A stretch of 54,827 nucleotides of DNA from Candidatus Kuenenia stuttgartensis. GTDB lineage: Bacteria > Planctomycetota > Planctomycetia > Pirellulales > UBA1268. Where the stretch lies: the NCBI GenBank assembly GCA_943332855.1, contig CALQRA010000004.1, positions 1 to 54,827 of the forward strand, given 5' to 3'. The position numbers and the translations under genes are program-made. Positions within the stretch are counted from its first letter, which is position 1, and each line of letters begins with the position of its first letter. Below are positions 1 through 7,415 of this stretch, in pieces. A model generated the notes under the pieces. That model was not told the DNA's origin and did not search any database. It worked only from the letters and a program-made list of their open reading frames with translations.

Positions 1-40
1 CCCCCCCCCCCCCCCCCCCGTGTAAAGAAAAAAACCCCCA
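1..40. other. Low-complexity contig end (C19 run plus A-run), probable sequencing or assembly artefact
   Basis: 19 consecutive C at the very start followed by gtgtaaagaaaaaaaccccc; the reverse complement is a poly-G tail typical of two-colour Illumina read ends. Confidence 0.6.
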
Positions 41-174
41 CGCACAAACGGCCCCACGGTTCATCGATCGACTCGGGGCTTCGCTGCCATTTGGTTCCCG
101 CCAGCAGCCTGTCACTTTTTCTTGCCTCGCGCCCGCCTTTCGGAAGCCGCCGCCAACGCGTAGCCGCCAAACCC

Positions 175-771
175 TCACGGCTGCGGCGGGAGGAGTTGGG
201 CGAGGGCGAAGGAGACGGCCGCGCCGGTGTCGGCCGTGAGCAACGCGCTCTCAAGCGGCCCCTCCGGCCCGACCAGCGACTCGCGGGCGTAGCCCTCCGC
301 GCCCGGCTCCCGGAAGACGCGGGTTTGCCGAGTGGCCGCGTCGATCACCCACGCCTCGGGGATCCCGTGCCGGGCGTAGAGGGGCACCTTCACGCCGAGG
401 TCGTAGGCCAGGCTCGTGTCGGCCACCTCGATGACCACGAGGACATCCTCCGGGCCCGGATGGGCCGACATATAGCCATCGGCCCGCGGGCGGAGGAGGG
501 CGATGTCGGGCTCCGGCTCGCATGAGTCGTCGAGGCGGAGCGGGTTTTGGCACCACACGATGACGCCACCGCCGACGGAGCGGCAGAGGAAGGCGGTCAG
601 CCGCGCCACGATCGCGGCATGGAGGGCTCCGATCGGCGGTAGGTCGATGACCTCTCCGTCGATGAGCTCAACCCGGTCGCCGGCGGCGAAAATGCCCGCC
701 TCCCCCATCCGATGAAAATCGGAGACCGTCAGCCGGTGCCGGCAAGGGGCCGTGCGCGGGATCGTGGCCAT
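175..771 (-). CDS. Uma2 family (DUF820) putative endonuclease
   Basis: LTVSDFHRMGEAGIF..DRVELIDGEVI, EPEPDIALL, VIEVADTSLAYD...K..LYA..GIPEAWVID are typical Uma2 motifs. Confidence 0.9.
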   Translation of the reverse strand: MATIPRTAPCRHRLTVSDFHRMGEAGIFAAGDRVELIDGEVIDLPPIGALHAAIVARLTAFLCRSVGGGVIVWCQNPLRLDDSCEPEPDIALLRPRADGYMSAHPGPEDVLVVIEVADTSLAYDLGVKVPLYARHGIPEAWVIDAATRQTRVFREPGAEGYARESLVGPEGPLESALLTADTGAAVSFALAQLLPPQP

Positions 772-775
772 GGAA

Positions 776-828
776 GGGGTATCCGGGAAGGACAGGGGTA
801 TCCGGGAAGGACAGGGTTATCCGGGAAG
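776..828. repeat. 19-bp tandem repeat, about 2.8 copies (GGGGTATCCGGGAAGGACA)
   Basis: Units start at 776, 795 and 814 (third is partial with one mismatch); lies immediately upstream of the Uma2 start codon. Confidence 0.9.
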
Positions 829-990
829 AATAGAAGACGAGGATTGCGGGCGGGAGACTCGCACCAACGCCCCCGAACAGGCCATGGATGGCTTGGTCCA
901 TGAACAGCCACAGCAAGGTACGGCTGGCGTCGAGGGTGCGTCAATCGACCGGAGATCGCTGATCATCGCCCTCCCGCCGACGGCGGCCCT

Positions 991-2004
991 TCACGCCTGG
1001 CCCATCCGCGCGCTCGCGCCGAGAAAGCGGCCGCGGAGAAACTCGTCCACGGCCATCGACCGCCGCCCCTCGGGCACGATCCGGCGGATGATCACCGTAC
1101 CGCCGTCGCCGCAGGCGACCACGAGCCCCGCATCGTCGGCCGTGACAATCGAGCCGGCCAGCGTGCCGGGGGGCGCCGCGGGGCCAACGACCACCTCCTC
1201 GAGCACCAGCCGCGTCGGGCTCGTGCCAGAATCGCCCCCGCCGGCGTGGAGGAACGTCGTCGCCCTTGGCCAGGGATCGAGGCCGCGCGGCATGCGCGCG
1301 ATCCGCGCCGCAGGGAGATTCCAATCGATGATCCCGTCGGCCTTGGAGAGCCGCGGTGCCTTGGTGACCAGCGTCGGATCTTGCGGTGTGCCGACCGCGC
1401 CGGCCGGCCGGTGCGGCGCGGCGACGCGTTGAATAGCCTCGAGCACAAGCTCGGGCCCGAAGGCCGCTAGCCGGGCCTCGAGCTGCGCGGCGGTCTCCGT
1501 CGCGCCGATCGGCGTCGATCGGGCATTGATCACGCTGCCACCGTCGAGCTGCGGGGTCATGTGGATGCAGCAGGCGCCGGTCACCTCGTCGCCGGCGAGG
1601 ATCGCCCACTGCACTGGCGCGGCACCGCGGTGCCGGGGGAGGAGCGAGCCGTGGAGATTGATGCCGCCAAGTGGGGCCACGCCGAGCACGGCCGGCACGA
1701 GGATCTGCCCGTAATCGCAAACGACGAGAAGATCAGGCGCGAGGGCCACAAGCTCGTCGATCGCCGCGGGATCATTGATCCGCTGCGGCGCCGTCACCAC
1801 GACACCGGACGCTTCCGCCGCCTCGCGCATCGGATTGACGGGGGCGCGCCGGCCCGGCGCGGCTTTGTCGGGGCGGGTGACCAAGGCGACGACCTGGTGA
1901 GGGGAAGCGAGGAGCGCCCGGAACATCGGCACAGCAAACGGCCCGGTGCCCATGACCACGATCCGCAGTCCGGCCACCTTCCCCGGATTGGGTGCCGGCT
2001 CCAT
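991..2004 (-). CDS. fmt: Methionyl-tRNA formyltransferase
   Basis: RIVVMGTGPFA, VTRPDK, INLHGSLLPRHRGAAPVQWAI motifs; translationally coupled (TGATG) to def. Confidence 0.95.
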   Translation of the reverse strand: MEPAPNPGKVAGLRIVVMGTGPFAVPMFRALLASPHQVVALVTRPDKAAPGRRAPVNPMREAAEASGVVVTAPQRINDPAAIDELVALAPDLLVVCDYGQILVPAVLGVAPLGGINLHGSLLPRHRGAAPVQWAILAGDEVTGACCIHMTPQLDGGSVINARSTPIGATETAAQLEARLAAFGPELVLEAIQRVAAPHRPAGAVGTPQDPTLVTKAPRLSKADGIIDWNLPAARIARMPRGLDPWPRATTFLHAGGGDSGTSPTRLVLEEVVVGPAAPPGTLAGSIVTADDAGLVVACGDGGTVIIRRIVPEGRRSMAVDEFLRGRFLGASARMGQA

Positions 2005-2657
2005 CAGGCACGCCCCCGGGCCGGACCAGCAGGCGTGCAGCGCGCGGACTCAAGCCGCGCCAGTTCGGCATGGTAGTGGGCGTCGGGAGGAAGCTCCCCG
2101 CGCGATTGCTTGCCGACGTACACCTCGAGCATCGTGTCGAGCACCCGGCGGGCTTCGAGCGCCGCGGCTTCCGGGAGGCGGTCGGTGAACAGCCGCCCCT
2201 CGAGGTGGTCAAACTCGTGCTGGACGACGCGGGCGAGGAATCCGTCGAGATCGAGACGGACCTGCTCCCCCTCGAGCGTCCAGGCCTCGAGGACCACCTT
2301 CTCCGGCCGGCGGACGTCCATCCGCAAGCCGGGCAAACTCAAGCACCCCTCCTCCTGGAGCGCCGTTCCGCGCGGTCGGGAGAGGGTCGGATTGATGAAC
2401 ACAAGCTCCTCACCGGAGTCGGGGTTGGCCTCGAGATTGACGATGAACAGCCGGTAGGGGAGGCCGACCTGATTGGCCGCCAGGCCGACCCCGACCGCGT
2501 CGTACATGATCTCAAACATCTGATCGATGGCGTCGCACAGGTCGTCGTCAATCCGCACCAGCGGGCTCGTCCGCCGCAGGAGGGCCGGGTGGGGGTATTC
2601 GACGAGCTCGATCCTGCCGATGCCGGCAGGTTCGGCGGGAGACGGCGTGCTTTCCAT
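2004..2657 (-). CDS. def: Peptide deformylase
   Basis: GVGLAANQVG, EGCLSLPG and QHEFDHLEG motifs. Confidence 0.97.
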   Translation of the reverse strand: MESTPSPAEPAGIGRIELVEYPHPALLRRTSPLVRIDDDLCDAIDQMFEIMYDAVGVGLAANQVGLPYRLFIVNLEANPDSGEELVFINPTLSRPRGTALQEEGCLSLPGLRMDVRRPEKVVLEAWTLEGEQVRLDLDGFLARVVQHEFDHLEGRLFTDRLPEAAALEARRVLDTMLEVYVGKQSRGELPPDAHYHAELARLESARCTPAGPARGRA

Positions 2658-2823
2658 GATCGCCTGTGCGGAAACTCGGGTGGGGGGTGAAGCGGAGCAT
2701 TCTACCGCACCGCTCTCCGTCTGGTACGGAGGACGGGCCGCGAACGGGGCCGTAGACTACTGCCCGGTCGGATTGGCATGGCGACCGCCCCGCTCCCCCA
2801 ACACGTTCCCTGGCCCATTCCCG

Positions 2824-3354
2824 ATGACATCGCCCCCCCCAGCCCGTGCCCCCTCGGCAGCGAGCGCCGCCGAGCGCGTTCCCTGGTCGCAGCCGGCGGT
2901 GGTTCTCGCCACCTGCGGGTGGCTGGGGCGAATCCCCCGCGCCCCGGGCACGTTTGGGGCCGCCCTCGGCATCGGACTGTCGGCCGCAGCCGCAAGCTTG
3001 AAATGCCCGATCGGGGTCGAGGCCGCCGTGGTGGTCTTGTTGTGCGTTGTCGGCATCCCGATCTGTGGCCTCGCCGCGCGGCAGATGGGGCGTGGCAGCG
3101 ACCCCGGCGCAATCGTCTGGGACGAGATGGCGAGTGTTCCCCTCGGGCTGCTCCTCGTGCCGGCCGGCGAGCGGTCGCCGACGCTCCTCTTGGCAGCGTT
3201 CCTCCTCCATCGTCTGTTCGACATCTGGAAGCCCTTTCCCTGCCGTCAACTCGACCAAGGGCACGGCGGACTGGGGATCATGGCGGACGATTGGGGGGCG
3301 GCCGCGTGGATGGCCCTCGGACTGGCCGTCGGCCGGCAGGCCGGATGGTGGTGA
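2824..3354 (+). CDS. pgpA: Phosphatidylglycerophosphatase A
   Basis: APGTFG, DPGAIVWDE, HRLFDIWKPFP, GGLGIMADD motifs; ATG at 2824 within ORF 2527..3354. Confidence 0.92.
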   Translation: MTSPPPARAPSAASAAERVPWSQPAVVLATCGWLGRIPRAPGTFGAALGIGLSAAAASLKCPIGVEAAVVVLLCVVGIPICGLAARQMGRGSDPGAIVWDEMASVPLGLLLVPAGERSPTLLLAAFLLHRLFDIWKPFPCRQLDQGHGGLGIMADDWGAAAWMALGLAVGRQAGWW

Positions 3355-3380
3355 GCCGGTTACCAGAGGCGACGATCGGT

Positions 3381-4049
3381 ATGCGGCTGCTCCTTGTCGA
3401 TCACGGCTGTTGCGATCCACCCCACAGCCGGGTGTTCCGCTGCCGTGACTGGCTCCTCCCGGAGCGGATCGAGGTGCTGGCCTGCGGGCCGGCCTCGGTG
3501 TCGGCGCTCGCGGCCCCCACGCCGGGGCTCCACGGCATTCATCTGCGCGACATCGCCGCCGCCAACCGCACGTTTGCCCGGGCCGTCCGCGACGGCACCC
3601 CCCAGGCCTTTCTCGACACCAGCCCAACGATCCCGGCCCCGCTCCTCGGCCTGGTTCGCGAGACGGCCCGGCAGGCGATCGCGGAGGCGGTCGACGGCTT
3701 CGATCCCGCCGTGATCCTTGTCCTCCATGCGGGGATCTTCGCCGATCTCGCAGTCGAAACTGGCGTGCCGGTCGCGATCCATGTCGGCCCCGCCGATCTC
3801 CCCGCGGCGCGGCAAGACGAGCGGGTCCACGCGCTGGTGGCAGCGGCGCTGGTGTCGGCCGAGGTCGTGATGGCGGCCGACGCTACGACCGAGAGGCTGC
3901 TGAAGGCCGAATGGCTCGACGTGGCGGCCACGAACGTCGGGGCAGTGGCCGGGGTCGACGAGTCGGGTGGCCCCGCCCTCGCCGCGGCCGTCAGGCTCGC
4001 CGCCCGGCAGCGTGGCGGAGGAGGAGGCGGTCGATCTCCCCTGAGGTGA
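3381..4049 (+). CDS. Hypothetical protein, possibly a stand-alone glycosyltransferase (GT-B) N-terminal-like domain
   Basis: MRLLLVDHG start and FDPAVILVLHA / VPVAIHV segments resemble GT4 N-terminal strands; follows pgpA. Confidence 0.45.
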   Translation: MRLLLVDHGCCDPPHSRVFRCRDWLLPERIEVLACGPASVSALAAPTPGLHGIHLRDIAAANRTFARAVRDGTPQAFLDTSPTIPAPLLGLVRETARQAIAEAVDGFDPAVILVLHAGIFADLAVETGVPVAIHVGPADLPAARQDERVHALVAAALVSAEVVMAADATTERLLKAEWLDVAATNVGAVAGVDESGGPALAAAVRLAARQRGGGGGGRSPLR

Positions 4050-4437
4050 GGGCCGCCTCAAACGCCTCCCGGTCTCGATACACCGCCAGGCTCGTCAGCT
4101 GAACAACCCAGTTGTGGACCAGCGGCGTGATTGTGATCACCGCCCGGCCGTGGCGGCAGGCCTCCCAGATCTCGATCGCGGTCCCCATCGAAGCCTCGGG
4201 GACGAACGCGATGACGAGATCGAACTCGCGGCACATCGCCACGTGCCCGTCGAAGACCTCGCGGGCACGCTCGAGGGAGTAGCCGACCGAATTGGCATGA
4301 CCGGCATGCGGGTCGTAGACTTCCGCCTCGGGCCAAGCCCGCTGCACGACGTCGCGCAGCCCGGCCCGATAGTTTTGATCATGGACCAGCGCCGCTACGT
4401 GCGAGCCTTGCATGATCCCCGCGAGGAACACTCTCAT
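3991..4437 (-). CDS. Nucleoside 2-deoxyribosyltransferase-like small protein
   Basis: MRVFLAG..., EVYDP, DLVIAFVPEASMGTAIEIWEA pattern (S.GT..E motif); GGAGG 6 nt upstream of the ATG. Confidence 0.65.
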   Translation of the reverse strand: MRVFLAGIMQGSHVAALVHDQNYRAGLRDVVQRAWPEAEVYDPHAGHANSVGYSLERAREVFDGHVAMCREFDLVIAFVPEASMGTAIEIWEACRHGRAVITITPLVHNWVVQLTSLAVYRDREAFEAALTSGEIDRLLLRHAAGRRA

Positions 4438-5686
4438 GGCAGCCTCCAAGCCCTCCCGTCCGGTCAAGTCCAAGCGCACCGTCGCCAGTGTACGACAGCC
4501 TGCCGGGGGCGCCGTGCCGACGCCCGATTTGGCCGCGGCCCGGAAGCTCGTCCTCGATCTCCTCGCGATCCCCGGCATCTCCGGTGACGAAAAGGCAATC
4601 GCCGAGCGGATCGTCCACCACCTCAAGGCCGCCGGTTGCCCCGCTGCCGCGATCCACTTCGACAACGCCCACACGAAGACGCCCACGAAGGGCAACGTCG
4701 GCAACCTCATCGTCAAGCTCCCCGGCACGGTGCCCGGGCCGCGCCGGCTGTTCATGGCCCACATGGACACGGTGCCGGTCTGCGTCGGGGCCAAGCCGGT
4801 GGTCGCCGGCAGGTACGTGAAGAGCGGCGACCCGACCACGGGCCTCGGCGCCGACGACCGGGCCGGGGTCGGCGTCGTGCTGACGACGGCGCTGGAGGTC
4901 CTGCGGCGCGGCCTCCCCTCCCCGCCGTTGACGTTCCTGTTCGGGATTCAGGAGGAGGTCGGCCTCTACGGGGCCCGGTATGTCTCCGCCGTCGATCTCG
5001 GCAAACCTGCTCTGGCCTTCAATTTCGACGGCGGCGCCGTCGAGAAGATCACCGTCGGCGCCACCGGCGGCTACCGGATGGATGTCGCGATCGAGGGGAT
5101 GCCGAGCCACGCGGGCGTCGCCCCGGAGAAGGGGATCTCCGCGATCGCGATCGCGGCGCTCGCCGTCGCCGACCTCGTCGAGCATGGCTGGCACGGCCTG
5201 ATCGAGAAAGAGGGGAAGCGGGGGACGAGCAATGTCGGCATCATCCATTCCGGTGCCGCCACGAATGTCGTCGCCGAGTCGGCCCATCTGCGGATCGAGG
5301 CCCGCAGCCACGATTCCGCCTTCCGGAAGAAGATCGTCAAGGCGATCGAGACGGCCTTCAAGGACGCCGCCAAGCGGGTCAAGAATGCCGCTGGCAAGTG
5401 TGGCAAGGTCGTCTGCGACGGCCATCTCGATTACGAGGCCTTCCGCCTCGGCGATGACGAGCCGTGTGTCGTCGCGGCGATCGATGCGGTCCGGGCCGAG
5501 GGGCTCGAGCCGCGGACGGAGGTCTCCAACGGCGGCCTCGACGCCAACTGGATGGCGGTCAACGGCGTTCCCACGGTGACGCTCGGCTGCGGCCAGATGG
5601 AGATCCACACGACGAAGGAGCAACTCGATCTGGCGGCCTACGAGACCGCCTGCGCGGTGGCGCTGCGGTTGGCCGTGGGAGGGTGA
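4436..5686 (+). CDS. M20/M25/M40 family metallopeptidase (peptidase T-like)
   Basis: AHMDTV, LGADDRAG, QEEVGLYG, SHAGVAPEKG, GGLDAN, IHTTKE motifs; alternative GTG start at 4514. Confidence 0.9.
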   Translation: MAASKPSRPVKSKRTVASVRQPAGGAVPTPDLAAARKLVLDLLAIPGISGDEKAIAERIVHHLKAAGCPAAAIHFDNAHTKTPTKGNVGNLIVKLPGTVPGPRRLFMAHMDTVPVCVGAKPVVAGRYVKSGDPTTGLGADDRAGVGVVLTTALEVLRRGLPSPPLTFLFGIQEEVGLYGARYVSAVDLGKPALAFNFDGGAVEKITVGATGGYRMDVAIEGMPSHAGVAPEKGISAIAIAALAVADLVEHGWHGLIEKEGKRGTSNVGIIHSGAATNVVAESAHLRIEARSHDSAFRKKIVKAIETAFKDAAKRVKNAAGKCGKVVCDGHLDYEAFRLGDDEPCVVAAIDAVRAEGLEPRTEVSNGGLDANWMAVNGVPTVTLGCGQMEIHTTKEQLDLAAYETACAVALRLAVGG

Positions 5687-5688
5687 GC

Positions 5689-7287
5689 ATGACCGCGCTC
5701 GGTCGGGGGCGCTGGTGGACGATCGGCCTCCTGGCCGCCACGACCTTCCTCGCTTTCGTGCCGGCGCTTCGCAGCGACTTCGTCTACGACTCGCGGATCC
5801 AGATCCTCACCGATCCTTTCATCCACGATGCGGCGAACTGGCCGGCGGTGTTGAGCGGTCGCGTGCTGGGGATGGATGTCCTCGACTTCAACCGGCCGGC
5901 AATGCTCGCGTCGCTGATGCTCGACGCCGCCATCTGGGGAAAAAGTCCCTTTGGCTACCACCTCACGAGTGTCCTCTTCCACGTGCTCAACGTGGTGCTT
6001 GTCTGGCTCCTCCTCGATCGGCTCGGGGACGATCGCCGCGGAAGCGGGCGGACAGACCGGGGGGTGTTCACGCCGGCGGTCCTCGGGGCGTTCGTCTTCG
6101 CCCTCCATCCGATCGTCACCGAGACCATCTGCGAGCCGAGCTACCGGGAGGATCTCCTCGTCGCAACGTTCACCCTCACCGCGCTGGTCATCGCGCTGGG
6201 CCGCACCCCGGCGCAGCCCCACGACGCGGCCGAGGGAACGGCCGACGGCACGGCGTGGAGGGTGGCGGCCTGCATGGGCTGCGCCCTGGTGGCCATCGCC
6301 AGCAAGGAATCGGGGATCGTGCTGCCGCCGCTCCTGCTGGTCGCGGCGGCGCTCTTCGACCGGGGAGGACCGCGGCGATTCTGGGGGATGGCGATCGGCG
6401 GCACGACGCTCGTGGTGATCGCGTTCCTCGCCGCCCGGTTCCTCCTCGAGCCGGCGGAGTCGCGGATCTTCGGCAAGCCGATCCCGCTCGGTGGATCATT
6501 CCTGGCGAGCTTGGCTCTTCAACCGCGGATCCTCGCCCTCGACGCGCAACTCATTTTCTGGCCCTTCAATCAGAGCGCCGACTACCAACTCTCGTCGCTC
6601 GATCACCTCCCTCTCCCCCGCGCGATCCTCGTGCTCGCGCTGCTGACCGCGGCGCTCGCCTGGGGGGCCCGGCACGACCGGCGGATCGTCCTGGCCACCG
6701 TAGTAATCGTCCTCTCGATCCTCCCCGTGGCCAATCTCTGGCCGATCTTCCAGCCGGCTGCCGACCGCTATCTCTATCTGCCCATGGTGGGGGTGGCGAT
6801 CATCGTCGCCAGCCTCCTCGACAGGCCGTGGTGGCCGGAAGGGTCTGCGGCCCGCCGTGGAGCGGTGGTGGCCGCCATGGCCGCAGTCGCCCTCCTCGCC
6901 GTGGGATGCGTTCGACGGCAGGCGGTCTGGCACGATCCGGTCGCGCTCTGGGAGGACACCTTCCGCAAGGAGCCGCAATCCTTCGCCGCGGCCTGGGGGC
7001 TGGGCGAAGCGCTTTTCGATGCCGGCAGGCCCGCGGAGGCGGAGCGGGCCGCGCGCACCGCCGTGAAGCTCTCCGGCGGCGAGGACGGTGGCGCCTGGGC
7101 GACGCTGGCGGTGATCGTCGCCGAGCGGGGCCGGAAGGACGAGGCCCGCGACCATCTCGCCCGGGCGCTGGCCGCCGATCCGCTCCTGGCCGATCCGGAC
7201 GACCGCGTCGCCACGCTGACGATGGAGCGACCGTGGGCGGAGCGGCTGAAGAAGCTCCTCGCCGAGATGGCCCAGGAGCCCCCCTGA
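5689..7287 (+). CDS. Multi-pass membrane protein with C-terminal TPR (TMTC / GT-C-like)
   Basis: DFVYDS, FNRP, GYHLTSVLFHVLN, FALHP, ADRYLYLP, W.D...LW motifs followed by TPR-like helices. Confidence 0.8.
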   Translation: MTALGRGRWWTIGLLAATTFLAFVPALRSDFVYDSRIQILTDPFIHDAANWPAVLSGRVLGMDVLDFNRPAMLASLMLDAAIWGKSPFGYHLTSVLFHVLNVVLVWLLLDRLGDDRRGSGRTDRGVFTPAVLGAFVFALHPIVTETICEPSYREDLLVATFTLTALVIALGRTPAQPHDAAEGTADGTAWRVAACMGCALVAIASKESGIVLPPLLLVAAALFDRGGPRRFWGMAIGGTTLVVIAFLAARFLLEPAESRIFGKPIPLGGSFLASLALQPRILALDAQLIFWPFNQSADYQLSSLDHLPLPRAILVLALLTAALAWGARHDRRIVLATVVIVLSILPVANLWPIFQPAADRYLYLPMVGVAIIVASLLDRPWWPEGSAARRGAVVAAMAAVALLAVGCVRRQAVWHDPVALWEDTFRKEPQSFAAAWGLGEALFDAGRPAEAERAARTAVKLSGGEDGGAWATLAVIVAERGRKDEARDHLARALAADPLLADPDDRVATLTMERPWAERLKKLLAEMAQEPP

Positions 7288-7415
7288 TTGCGTTGCCGGG
7301 CCCGCCGCATCCCCGCCGGTGACCGCGGCCGATCCCAGCCGGTTCTCCTCCGCTCCCCATGGTGCTATCCTCCCTCGGAACACCGTCCCAACCTCGCAGG
7401 GAAGGAACCATCGCC

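Noticed and set aside
1-170. Biological homopolymer or telomere-like end
   Set aside because: Lies at the contig edge and resembles low-quality poly-G read tails
2773-2788. Sigma-54 promoter upstream of pgpA (TTGGCATGGCGACCGC)
   Set aside because: GG-N10-GC spacing fits but the -12 element is poor (CCGC), and a TAGACT -10 box nearby offers a simpler explanation
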